From assembly GCF_036507355.1 (NCBI RefSeq), contig NZ_AP027877.1: a stretch of DNA of 64,000 nt; one strand, given 5' to 3'. Positions 53,815 through 63,622 of the stretch are shown here, piece by piece. The number at the start of each line of letters is the position of its first letter. Position 1 is the stretch's first letter. The notes under the pieces are model-generated. The model searched no databases and was not told the origin of the DNA. It saw only the letters and a program-made list of their open reading frames with translations. Origin of the DNA: Escherichia coli (GTDB lineage Bacteria; Pseudomonadota; Gammaproteobacteria; Enterobacterales; Enterobacteriaceae). The translations under genes were made by a program, and so were the position numbers.

Positions 53815-54114
53815 TCAAGCTAACGAACGCAGTGATAACTCAAAAATAATCATCTCGGCCTGGCATGAGAAGGTGAAGGCCGCATCAAGCTCAACTTGCC
53901 CCTCCAGATCCTTAATCTTATAGGCCACGCTGGCCCCTTCATCTGCAGAGGATGCAGCGGCGGCAAGCTCTTTCAGTTTGGTCATAAAGGACTCTGCTTC
54001 TTCGCGGGTGGCAAAAAAGCGCGAAAACTTACTGGTACAGTTGTCGTTATCAATCACCGTACCGATATCAATCGCACATCCTTTAGTACTGCATTTATCT
54101 ACGACATCTTTCAT
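53815..54114 (-). CDS. yiiS: conserved protein (UPF0381 / DUF1287-like)
   Basis: 99-aa ORF; synteny. Confidence 0.8.
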   Translation of the reverse strand: MKDVVDKCSTKGCAIDIGTVIDNDNCTSKFSRFFATREEAESFMTKLKELAAAASSADEGASVAYKIKDLEGQVELDAAFTFSCQAEMIIFELSLRSLA

Positions 54115-54325
54115 AGGGCACCTCTGTATATTCGCCTCTCTGTCGATTACGACTTAAGAATAATGCGCCGTTAAGGGAAGAACAAACAAGTAATGATCTT
54201 ATGGATTACCATTTTTTTTGATATTGCTTAAGGTGAAGAGTTCAGAAGGATTTTCCGGGCATTGTCATTTGCATCGTGGAAATAACAATCCCGGAAAAAA
54301 ATAGCAGTAAGAGATATATTAAAGG

Positions 54326-54766
54326 TTAATTACTTGATTTATTGTCGGCTTTATACTTCACATCCTGAGTATCTTTACCATATTTATTTTCGCCTTGTGT
54401 GCCAACAAACGCACCAAGATCGATAAGCATCATCACCAGAATCAACGTCGGGACAAAACGCCCCACCGCCCATTGCCAGACACCCGGTAAAATCGCCCAG
54501 TTACCCGCCAGCAGCATCCACGCCACAATCATCAGAAATGCCCATGCGCCGGAACGCCCGCGATCATGCAAGCGCTTAACGGTTACTGCCGCTGTTGGCC
54601 AAAGCAAGCACACAAGGCAAAACGCCGCGGTCTGAATATCGAGTAAATTTTTACCCGCCAGTGAGAAAAGCACCAGCATGCCTGCGAACCACAGGCCTAT
54701 CCAAATCCAGAAATCACGGCGTCCAATACGCCCTTTAAATGAGAATAACCATTGCTGTATGGTCAT
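54326..54766 (-). CDS. yiiR: inner membrane protein (DUF805)
   Basis: 146-aa ORF, 3-4 TM helices; synteny. Confidence 0.8.
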   Translation of the reverse strand: MTIQQWLFSFKGRIGRRDFWIWIGLWFAGMLVLFSLAGKNLLDIQTAAFCLVCLLWPTAAVTVKRLHDRGRSGAWAFLMIVAWMLLAGNWAILPGVWQWAVGRFVPTLILVMMLIDLGAFVGTQGENKYGKDTQDVKYKADNKSSN

Positions 54767-54866
54767 GTAAGTTCCTTGATGGTTGTCTTTTCCAGGATTC
54801 TACCCTTTTGACAAGGGCGACAGATATCGTTTTAATCGGAGCCAGTCATAACAAAAGGTACTGTCA

Positions 54867-55466
54867 ATGAAGCCAGGGTGTTCGCTGTTTTTTCTCTTAT
54901 GTTCTGCATTAACCGTTACAACAACGGTGCATGCACAAACACCAGATACGGCAACGACCGCGCCTTATCTGCTGGCTGGAGCCCCTACTTTCGATCTCTC
55001 CATCAGCCAGTTTCGAGAAGACTTTAACAGCCAGAATCCCAGCCTGCCACTGAACGAATTTCGTGCCATCGACAGCAGTCCCGACAAAGCCAATCTCACT
55101 CGTGCTGCAAGTAAAATTAACGAGAACTTGTATGCTTCTACAGCGCTGGAGCGCGGTACCTTAAAAATCAAAAGCATTCAAATGACCTGGCTACCCATCC
55201 AGGGGCCAGAGCAAAAAGCCGCGAAAGCGAAAGCTCAGGAATATATGGCAGCGGTGATCCGCACACTCACCCCATTAATGACCAAAACACAAAGCCAGAA
55301 AAAACTGCAGTCGCTACTAACGGCGGGGAAAAACAAACGTTATTACACCGAGACAGAAGGTGCACTGCGTTATGTTGTCGCGGACAACGGCGAAAAGGGG
55401 CTGACCTTCGCTGTTGAACCGATTAAGCTGGCGCTATCTGAATCGCTTGAAGGTTTGAATAAATGA
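54867..55466 (+). CDS. yiiQ: exported protein of unknown function
   Basis: 199-aa ORF with signal peptide; synteny. Confidence 0.8.
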   Translation: MKPGCSLFFLLCSALTVTTTVHAQTPDTATTAPYLLAGAPTFDLSISQFREDFNSQNPSLPLNEFRAIDSSPDKANLTRAASKINENLYASTALERGTLKIKSIQMTWLPIQGPEQKAAKAKAQEYMAAVIRTLTPLMTKTQSQKKLQSLLTAGKNKRYYTETEGALRYVVADNGEKGLTFAVEPIKLALSESLEGLNK

Positions 55467-55573
55467 CAAAAAGCAAAGCCTTTGTGCCGATGAATCTCTA
55501 TACTGTTTCACAGACCTGCTGCCCTGCGGGGCGGCCATCTTCCTTTATTCGCTTATAAGCGTGGAGAATTAAA

Positions 55574-56341
55574 ATGCGACATCCTTTAGTGATGGGTAAC
55601 TGGAAACTGAACGGCAGCCGCCACATGGTTCACGAGCTGGTTTCTAACCTGCGTAAAGAGCTGGCAGGTGTTGCTGGCTGTGCGGTTGCAATCGCACCAC
55701 CGGAAATGTACATCGATATGGCGAAGCGTGAAGCTGAAGGCAGCCACATCATGCTGGGTGCGCAAAACGTGGACCTGAACCTGTCCGGCGCATTCACCGG
55801 TGAAACCTCTGCTGCTATGCTGAAAGACATCGGCGCACAGTACATCATCATCGGTCACTCTGAACGTCGTACTTACCACAAAGAATCTGACGAACTGATC
55901 GCGAAAAAATTCGCGGTGCTGAAAGAGCAGGGCCTGACTCCGGTTCTGTGCATCGGTGAAACCGAAGCTGAAAACGAAGCGGGCAAAACTGAAGAAGTTT
56001 GCGCACGTCAGATCGACGCGGTACTGAAAACTCAGGGTGCTGCGGCATTCGAAGGTGCGGTTATCGCTTACGAACCTGTATGGGCAATCGGTACTGGCAA
56101 ATCTGCAACTCCGGCTCAGGCACAGGCTGTTCACAAATTCATCCGTGACCACATCGCTAAAGTTGACGCTAACATTGCTGAACAAGTGATCATTCAGTAC
56201 GGCGGCTCTGTAAACGCGTCTAACGCTGCAGAACTGTTTGCTCAGCCGGATATCGACGGTGCGCTGGTTGGTGGTGCGTCTCTGAAAGCTGACGCCTTCG
56301 CAGTAATCGTTAAAGCTGCAGAAGCGGCTAAACAGGCTTAA
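55574..56341 (+). CDS. tpiA: triosephosphate isomerase
   Basis: 255 aa [14 protein letters not shown]. Confidence 0.95.
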
Positions 56342-56395
56342 GTCTGACAGGTGCCGGATTTCATATCCGGCACTTACTTTCCTTAACTCTTCGCC

Positions 56396-57151
56396 TTAAC
56401 GCAAAATCTCACACTGATGATCCTGAATTTCCTCGGCTGAAGCACGGTTAAGCGTCAGTAGATTTCGTTGTGTCGCCAGCAATACAAATGAGTTATCACT
56501 CTGCCGTACCATCGCCAGCCCGTAGCTTCCCATATGTTCCCGCGCCTCAGGTACTTCTTCTGCCAGCATCATAAATGGGCTGCGTTGTACCAGTTCGCTT
56601 TCCGTTACCCGACGCGCCAGGTATTCATGCCCGCGCAAACCACCTGGCAGTGGCAACCAGCGGCTGCTGATGTTCGCCAGATTGTTATCCAGTTGTTCGC
56701 GCACATCAGGACGAATACAAGAGATATGAATATGAAAATGGTTTTGCGTACGCCCGGTGCGGGAGTTGATCGCCAAAGAAACCGCGCGATCGGGAACCGG
56801 CTGGCCGTACTTTTTGCTCATAAAATCACGCGCCTGCCAGGCCAACCAAAAGAAGTTCGGCGTTGAAGGATCGGTCAACAAAGGACTTTCAGTACCGTTA
56901 ATACGATACGTTGGCATCAACAGATATTGCAGTGGGCCATTAAGATCTTTTAAAACCACGTATCCGGCATTGGGTTTGACTTCCGCACATGGCGAAGGAT
57001 TTTGATTTTGCTGCTGATTGGGCAAACATTCCTCAAGGACAATCTTACGTAATGTATCCGACTCTTCACCGGTTAATTTCCAGTAACCAATACCGGCAGC
57101 CACAACGGCGATAACTATCATCACCAAAAAAAGAAGACCCGCTTTTTTCAT
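56396..57151 (-). CDS. cdh: CDP-diacylglycerol pyrophosphatase
   Basis: 251 aa from [15 protein letters not shown]. Confidence 0.9.
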   Translation of the reverse strand: MKKAGLLFLVMIVIAVVAAGIGYWKLTGEESDTLRKIVLEECLPNQQQNQNPSPCAEVKPNAGYVVLKDLNGPLQYLLMPTYRINGTESPLLTDPSTPNFFWLAWQARDFMSKKYGQPVPDRAVSLAINSRTGRTQNHFHIHISCIRPDVREQLDNNLANISSRWLPLPGGLRGHEYLARRVTESELVQRSPFMMLAEEVPEAREHMGSYGLAMVRQSDNSFVLLATQRNLLTLNRASAEEIQDHQCEILR

Positions 57152-57257
57152 CTTTTTTTCCCTGTACCTCAAAGAGATGCAAGGGTAACGCAAAATCGTG
57201 ACAAATAAAAAACCCGGTCGCGAGAAACCACCGGGTTTGATAATTATCCTGGAGAAA

Positions 57258-58247
57258 TCAGCGTTTGCTGATCTGATCGAACGTACCGCCGTTAGCAAAA
57301 TGCTCTTTTTGCGCTTTCGTCCAGCCGCCGAACTCTTCATCAATGGTGAATAACTTCAGCTTTGGAAACGCATTTTCGTACTTTTTCGCCACCTCAGCGT
57401 CGCGCGGACGGTAGTAGTTTTTCGCGGCAATTTCCTGACCTTCTGGCGAGTAGAGATATTTCAGGTAGGCTTCCGCCACCTCTTTAGTACCTTTTTTCTC
57501 GACCACTTTATCGACCACCGACACGGTTGGCTCTGCGAGGATAGACTCACTCGGCGTGACAATTTCGAATTTATCTTTCCCCAGTTCATTCGCTGCCAGT
57601 AGAGCTTCGTTTTCCCAGGCGATCAGTACATCGCCAATTCCGCGCTCGACAAAAGTGTTAGTGGAGCCGCGCGCGCCAGAATCCAGAACTTCGACGTTTT
57701 TATACAGTGCCCGAACAAAATCCTGTGCTTTTGCCTGATCGTTGTTGTTGTGATGCAGCGCGTAGCCCCAGGCAGCCAGGTAATTCCAGCGCGCGCCACC
57801 AGAGCTTTTCGGATTAGGCGTGATCACCGAAACACCCGGTTTAATCAGATCGTTCCAGTCATGGATCTGCTTCGGATTTCCCTTACGTACCAGGAAAACA
57901 ATGGTGGAAGTGTACGGTGCGGAGTTATCCGGCAGACGTTTGATCCACTCTTTATCAATCCGCCCGCGTTCCGCAATCGCGTCCACGTCATAGGCCAGAG
58001 CCAGCGTGACAACATCAGCTTCAATACCGTTGATTACCGACGTTGCTTGTTTGCCTGAACCACCGTGTGACTGACGAATCACCACGTTATCGCCAGTTTG
58101 CTGTTTCCAGTGGGCGCTGAATGCCTTGTTGTACTGTTCGTACAATTCGCGCGTTGGATCATATGAAACGTTAAGAAGCTGAATATCCTTTGCCATAACG
58201 CTGGTTGCCGCCAGCAAAAATGTTAACCCTACGCCCCACTTGTTCAT
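57258..58247 (-). CDS. sbp: sulfate-binding periplasmic protein
   Basis: 329-aa ORF with signal peptide. Confidence 0.9.
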
Positions 58248-58404
58248 CGCCCGACTCTCTTATGTTGTGTTGTGATGAGCAAAGCGTGCCAGAAGGTTAA
58301 CCAAACATTAAAGAATAAAAAAAGATTGGCTATAACTTGCGGGTATATGTTGGGGGTTAAAAAGGCGGAAGAAATCCGCCTCATATTGCTGACAAAGTGC
58401 GCTT

Positions 58405-58520
58405 TATCGATGCCGGATGAGGCGCGAACGCCTTATCCGGCCTACAAAAGTTTGTAAATTCAATAAATTGCAGAATTCACGTAGGCCTGATAAGCGAAGC
58501 GCATCAGGCATTTTTGCTTC
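58405..58520. repeat. REP palindromic elements
   Basis: GATGCCGGATGAGGCGCGAACGCCTTATCCGGCCTAC and GTAGGCCTGATAAGCGAAGCGCATCAGGC. Confidence 0.8.
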
Positions 58521-58565
58521 TGTCATCGGTTTCAGGCTAAAGGAATCTGCCTTTTTCCGAAATCA

Positions 58566-59528
58566 TTAATACAGTTTTTTCGCGCAGTCCAGCCAGTCGC
58601 CTTTGAACGGACGCTTCATGTTTTCGATAGCGTCGATGATGTCGTGGTGAACCAGCTGTTCGTTCTGGATACCTACGCAACGACCGCCGTAACCTGCCAG
58701 CAGCAGATCGATAGCGTAAGCGCCCATACGGGAAGCCAGAATACGGTCGTAAGGCACCGGAGAACCACCGCGCTGGATGTGGCCCAGCACAGTTGCGCGG
58801 GTTTCACGACCGGTTTCTTTCTCGATGAAATGCGCCAGTTCGTCAACATCACACATATGTTCGGTAATCGCCACGATCGCGTGTTTTTTACCTTTCGCGA
58901 TACCCGCTTTGATTTCGTTTACCAGGTCTTCACGGCTGAATTCAACTTCCGGAACCACAACGAATTCACAGCCACCAGCAATGGCCGCAGCCAACGTCAG
59001 ATCGCCACAATAACGGCCCATCACTTCCACCACGGAAATACGCTGGTGAGAAGAAGAGGTGTCACGCAGACGGTCGATCGCTTCTACAACGGTGCTCAGC
59101 GCAGTGAAGAAACCGATAGTGTAGTCAGTGCCTTTGATGTCGTTGTCAATAGTGCCCGGCAGGCCGATGCACGGGAAGCCCATTTCGGTCAGACGCATTG
59201 CACCCATGTAGGAACCGTCACCGCCGATAACCACCAGCGCATCGATCCCACGTTTTTTCAGGTTTTCGATAGCCACGGCGCGGATGTTCTCGTCGCGGAA
59301 TTCCGGGAAACGCGCAGAACCGAGGAACGTACCGCCACGGTTGATCATGTCAGAAACGCTGTAACGGTCTAGCTGTACCATACGGTCTTCATACAGACCC
59401 AGATAGCCGTCATAAATGCCCATTACTTCCAGACCTTCTGTCAGCGCAGAACGAACAACCCCGCGAATTGCGGCGTTCATGCCTGGCGCATCACCGCCGC
59501 TTGTCAACACACCGATTTTCTTAATCAT
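58566..59528 (-). CDS. pfkA: 6-phosphofructokinase I
   Basis: 320 aa from [23 protein letters not shown]. Confidence 0.95.
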
Positions 59529-59708
59529 GACTACCTCTGAACTTTGGAATGCAAAATGAAATCTGTTGCCGGAAGTCTTCTTGCACATCGAAGTGATCCA
59601 ACGAATGTGCAAATAGTATAACAATCACTTCCTGCTGAATTGATTCAGGTCAGGCCAAATGGCGGTATTTTATACACAAAATGCGGGTCTGGCTCTCTTT
59701 TATACTGA

Positions 59709-60611
59709 TTATGAAAGCATAGACCGTTTACCCTCCCTGGGTACGACGGAACAGGGGTCCTGGTGGATAATCACATCCGATCCCGGAAAACGCCGTAAAA
59801 TAGCCTGCTCTACCTGATCCGCCACCATATGTGCCTGAACCAAAGGCAGAGAGTCTTCCATTTCCAAATGAATCTGAATAAAGCGGGTCGGCCCTGACTG
59901 CCGCGTGCGAAGATCGTGAGCGCCGCTAACACCCGGCCAGGAAGTCACGATATCAATAATTTCTTGCCGTTCCTCATCAGGCAATGCGCGATCCAGTAAT
60001 GACTGTACCGCCTCATATCCCATGCGTAACGCGCTATATAAAATATAGATGCCGATTCCCAATGCAAACAGAGCATCGGCGCGATGCCAGCCGTACCAGG
60101 ACAACCCCAGCGCCAGCAGAATTGCGCCGTTCATCATAACATCAGACTGGTAATGTAGCATATCAGCCCGCACCGCCTGGCTTTGCGTCCGGCGCACCAC
60201 CCAACGCTGAAACGAGACAAGTATAATCGTACAAATTAGCGCCACAATTGTCACGATAACCCCGACGCCTGGATCTGTCATCGGTGTTGGAGATATCAGA
60301 TGTTGAATACCCGTCAAAAACAGGAATAGTGCTGAACCGGAGATAAACATACTTTGCGCCAGCGCCGCGAGGGACTCAGCTTTACCGTGACCAAACGAGT
60401 GATTATCGTCGGCAGGTTGCAGGGAATATCGCACCACCAGTAAATTCGTCAACGACGCGCCGATATCCACCAGCGAATCCACCAGCGCGGCGAGAATACT
60501 CACCGACCCGGTATACCACCATGCAAAAATTTTAATCAGCAATAGCAGCGAAGCCATCGCCGTCGCAGCAATCGCCGCCCGACTGACCAGCCGTCCATAA
60601 GATTGATTCAT
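59709..60611 (-). CDS. fieF: cation diffusion facilitator (Zn/Fe efflux)
   Basis: 300 aa from MNQSYGRLV; CDF family. Confidence 0.9.
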
Positions 60612-60692
60612 AAATACTCCCGCTATCAACTGACGCTAGTATAACGGAAGCAAATCATCTGCAATGCATTAAGCAGCAGGCAAATTGAGGAT

Positions 60693-60719
60693 AAAAAAAA
60701 CCCCCACATCATGTGGGGG
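60693..60719 (-). terminator. rho-independent terminator (minus strand)
   Basis: Hairpin CCCCCACAT C ATGTGGGGG with A8 on plus strand (T8 on minus strand), about 100 bp downstream of the 170-aa ORF. Confidence 0.75.
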
Positions 60720-60818
60720 AAGACAGGGATGGTGTCACAAAAAAGCACCTAACCTGATGATATAAATGGATTTATGTCAACCGCTGTCCACATAGCGTCC
60801 ACATCGTTCAGCGTCCGT

Positions 60819-61331
60819 TTAATCGGACGCTTTTAAATTTTTATTTTTCCCAGCAGAAAAATTAGCTTTCCCGCTGTTTTGCAACTCAACAAGAGGAGAT
60901 AACCGTCGGTAAACAGCCAAAAGTATCTTTAACTGAACCAGTTCATCTGCCCCCGATAGTTGAACCAAGTTTTTACGTTGTTCTTCACTAAGTGCCATCA
61001 CAGATTCAAGTGATTTAACTGCGTCAGAAACAAGTTCAATCTCTTTAATTTGATTCTGTATACGCAGCTTCTCTGATTTCAACTTTGCCCATTCTCTTTG
61101 TCGATATGTACGCATCACCTGATCGTAAACTTTGTTGGCAGCCAGAATACTTCCACCAACAGCAGTAACTAACTCAGCAATCTGCCAAGAGATATCAATA
61201 AGAGCAGACAATTCAATAAAGCCAGGAGAGGCATACTGAATTTTTTTCACTACAGGACGTAAATCTGGTGGAGTCGCACTGTAAGCCCCTCTAAAAAAGT
61301 TCACCACACTGTGCCCACCCTCCCAAGGCAT
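60819..61331 (-). CDS. hypothetical protein (170 aa; predicted coiled-coil C-terminal half, no signal peptide)
   Basis: AT-rich ORF with AGAGGA SD 9 nt upstream of ATG; own terminator; IS lies about 35 bp upstream of start. Confidence 0.6.
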   Translation of the reverse strand: MPWEGGHSVVNFFRGAYSATPPDLRPVVKKIQYASPGFIELSALIDISWQIAELVTAVGGSILAANKVYDQVMRTYRQREWAKLKSEKLRIQNQIKEIELVSDAVKSLESVMALSEEQRKNLVQLSGADELVQLKILLAVYRRLSPLVELQNSGKANFSAGKNKNLKASD

Positions 61332-61365
61332 TGTTGAATATCCTCTTGATCCTCCTTTTAGGCGC

Positions 61366-62431
61366 TGAATTTACAATCCAAGTGCAACAAAAAAAGAAGT
61401 ACTCATCAACTAGAATATAATTTTGTTTCCACACAAAAACCACTTCCAAATGATGAGTACTTCCTACCGACATCTTACAATAAACGAGCGAGAAAAGATA
61501 ATGATTTTACTCGCACAGGGCAAAAAACAAGCAGAAATTGCCAAAGCACTGGGACGTAGCTCCAGCACCATTTCTCGCGAGCTGAAACGACACGCTCTAG
61601 AAAGCTACAGTGCAACGAACGCACAAAACAGCTATTTGAAGCATCGTCAAAATAGCAAAGCACAGCGCAAATTAGAGCAGCCTGAATATTTCAATTTGGT
61701 GCAAGAAAAGTTTCTGACAGAAAACTGGTCGCCCGAACAAATCAGCGCACGATTAAAATTGGAAAAATCTGAATTATCCATTAGTTATTCAACCATTTAT
61801 CGTGGTATTTATTCAGGGTTGTTTGATATAGGCGAACGCAAAGCCAGTCGCAAACTGCGCCACAAAGGCAAAACACGGCATACAAAAAATCATCATGAAA
61901 AACGTGGCAAAATTCAGATATCCAACCATTTGAACGACCGTCCCATTTCGGCGCAAAATCGCAGTCGCTTTGGACATTGGGAAGCCGATACCGTACTGGG
62001 TAAAGCGGGTGGAGCTTGTTTGCTGACGCTGACGGAACGCAAAAGTCGTTTTGAGTTGGTGAAGAAAATTCCTGCCAAAAAAGCCGAAGCAGTCCAAAAA
62101 GCCATGATTGAATTGCTGGATTCACATATATTGCGGTCAATTACGCCAGACCGTGGTAAAGAATTTGCCCAACATCGTTTGGTAACAGAAGCACTGGGTG
62201 TAGAATTTTACTTCCCCGAGCCGCATCAACCGTGGACACGGGGAACGAATGAAAATACAAATGGGTTACTTCGTGAATACTTTCCGAAGCACCAAGACAT
62301 CAATCAGTGGAGCGAAGTTGATATTCAACAGGTGATCAATAAACTGAATTTACGACCACGTAAATGTTTAGGTTGGAAAACACCTTATGAAGTTTACTTC
62401 AAAAAATCGTTGCACTTGGTTTGACAATTCA
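61366..62431 (+). mobile_element. IS30-family insertion sequence (about 1.07 kb; ISApl1-like by size)
   Basis: Imperfect terminal inverted repeats TGAATTTACAATCCAAGTGCAAC (left) and GTTGCACTTGGTTTGACAATTCA (right) flanking a single transposase ORF; boundaries +/-3 bp. Confidence 0.75.
61423..62424 (+). CDS. IS30-family DDE transposase
   Basis: N-terminal HTH (TINEREKIMILLAQGKKQAEIAKALGRSSSTISRELKRH), GHWEADTV and NENTNGLLR motifs; first codon of track ORF is TTG, true start probably internal. Confidence 0.85.
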   Translation: MFPHKNHFQMMSTSYRHLTINEREKIMILLAQGKKQAEIAKALGRSSSTISRELKRHALESYSATNAQNSYLKHRQNSKAQRKLEQPEYFNLVQEKFLTENWSPEQISARLKLEKSELSISYSTIYRGIYSGLFDIGERKASRKLRHKGKTRHTKNHHEKRGKIQISNHLNDRPISAQNRSRFGHWEADTVLGKAGGACLLTLTERKSRFELVKKIPAKKAEAVQKAMIELLDSHILRSITPDRGKEFAQHRLVTEALGVEFYFPEPHQPWTRGTNENTNGLLREYFPKHQDINQWSEVDIQQVINKLNLRPRKCLGWKTPYEVYFKKSLHLV

Positions 62432-62433
62432 AG

Positions 62434-62532
62434 GCCATAAAAAAAACCATATAGCTGCAAATACTCTTTCGTTAAGACCGCGAAATCAGCTAACTCCCAA
62501 CGATTATCAAGCTCAATTATAACTTTTTCCAT
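62434..62532 (-). other. short ORF (33 codons, MEKVIIELDNRWELADF...) with GGTGG SD that runs into the IS right end; possible truncated gene 5' end
   Basis: ATG at 62532 on minus strand, open until the IS boundary. Confidence 0.3.
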
Positions 62533-62636
62533 TTTCCACCAACCTGTCCAACTTTAAAGATTGACTTTTAAGTATATGATAAACATAGTTTATTAAACGT
62601 GATCCACTACTTTTAATGAAGAATATTCCCCAAAAC

Positions 62637-62663
62637 AGAAAGCCCCTCGACTGAGGGGCTTTC
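62637..62663. terminator. bidirectional hairpin terminator
   Basis: AAAGCCCCTC GACT GAGGGGCTTT with T-rich flanks on both strands. Confidence 0.6.
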
Positions 62664-62672
62664 TGTTTGTAA

Positions 62673-62771
62673 TTACATCCACATAATTTGCTGCCCTGAC
62701 GGCAACGGGTGCGGTCTTACGGCGTGGACTTCTCCCGGCTTGTCCAGGGTAATGACATTTTCTTTGTTCAT
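62673..62771 (-). CDS. small ORF (32 aa, MNKENVITLDKPGEVHAVRPHPLPSGQQIMWM)
   Basis: ATG start, ends just before the hairpin terminator; no recognisable homology. Confidence 0.25.
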   Translation of the reverse strand: MNKENVITLDKPGEVHAVRPHPLPSGQQIMWM

Positions 62772-62931
62772 GGTTTTCTCACTTCTGAATCAGGGTTAAC
62801 CGGCCAGCCAGGCTGACCGGATGAAAATCACAGGCCGATATTGCGGCGGTGTTGCTCCAGCCGGTCGACGCCGTTCACCTTCTCAATCATGTTGATGGTG
62901 TCAATTTCGACCAGCTCCTTACCGTCCATCG

Positions 62932-63138
62932 TCAGCCGGAAATAACCCATTTTTCACCGGCACGAGCCTTCGGTTTGCAAGGATCACGCAATTCAATAAT
63001 TGGTAATTTATTTGCCTTCACCATTTCACTGACGGCTGTCTTTGGCTTCCCTAATAAATCAGCAAATTTATCCACATGAACCGCATCAAGCGGATACTGA
63101 ATCACATAATTTTCAGCGTCCATATATGGTACCCTCAT
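62932..63138 (-). CDS. excisionase-like / small winged-helix DNA-binding protein (putative Xis)
   Basis: 68-aa ORF divergent from the HTH-integrase pair; FADLLGKPKTAVSEMVKANKLPIIEL segment resembles excisionase-type winged helix; family assignment tentative. Confidence 0.45.
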   Translation of the reverse strand: MRVPYMDAENYVIQYPLDAVHVDKFADLLGKPKTAVSEMVKANKLPIIELRDPCKPKARAGEKWVISG

Positions 63139-63198
63139 AGGATCCAGCCCTTTCTAAACCACTCAAAACCGTTTAGACGCTGGTTTATTCTCAAATCA

Positions 63199-63250
63199 AT
63201 GGAACCTATATAGGTTCCAGTTTTGAGGGAATTTAGTCCCTATATAGGCA
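63199..63250. promoter_or_regulatory. operator-like palindromes (CCTATATAGG core, two copies) in divergent promoter region
   Basis: GGAACCTATATAGGTTCC perfect 18-bp palindrome (63201-63218) and CCCTATATAGG (63238-63248), plus degenerate CCCTCATAGG at 63132-63141 overlapping the xis-like start codon. Confidence 0.6.
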
Positions 63251-63259
63251 CCATGTCAA

Positions 63260-63553
63260 ATGAAATTAAGCGAAAAGATTAAGGCCTTGCGTGAGGCTGA
63301 AGGGCTAAGCCAATCAAAATTCTGTGAAATCATAGAGTTACCGCTAAGCACACTTAAAAAATATGAAGGAGGAAACTTTGAACCCGGTGGCACAGCTTTG
63401 CTAAAAATCACTATGCATCCCACATTCCAAAAATATGCTCTATGGCTTATGACAGATAAAACCGCGCCGGACGCAGGACAAATCGCACCGGCTCTCGCGC
63501 ACATTGGGCCAGAGTCAACAGAGTCCAACCACTCCGAGAAAAGGATTGGATAA
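63260..63553 (+). CDS. XRE-family (Cro/CI-type) HTH transcriptional regulator
   Basis: 97 aa; LSEKIKALREAEGLSQSKFCEIIELPLSTLKKYE is a typical Cro/C1 HTH. Confidence 0.75.
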   Translation: MKLSEKIKALREAEGLSQSKFCEIIELPLSTLKKYEGGNFEPGGTALLKITMHPTFQKYALWLMTDKTAPDAGQIAPALAHIGPESTESNHSEKRIG

Positions 63554-63622
63554 CTCTATATAAAGATTACATTTTCACCATTTGCTACCAAGATGGTGAA
63601 TACAGCGCCGGAGGGCTTTCTT

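Noticed and set aside
55586-56185. 199-aa minus-strand ORF inside tpiA
   Set aside because: Shadow ORF antisense to a highly conserved gene; skewed, low-complexity composition typical of antisense frames.
60819-61331. Possibility that the 170-aa ORF is CpxP (expected at this position)
   Set aside because: No signal peptide, and no similarity to the recalled CpxP sequence beyond a single LxxEQ-like stretch; composition is AT-rich and foreign.
62932-62975. Programmed -1 ribosomal frameshift joining the xis-like ORF to the overlapping 38-codon ORF
   Set aside because: No canonical slippery heptamer and no obvious downstream stimulatory structure; a mutation or unrelated overlap is more parsimonious.
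62849-63079. Plus-strand 76-aa ORF overlapping the excisionase-like gene
   Set aside because: Antisense to a better-supported gene that has a start codon within the operator region; no SD and no recognisable features.
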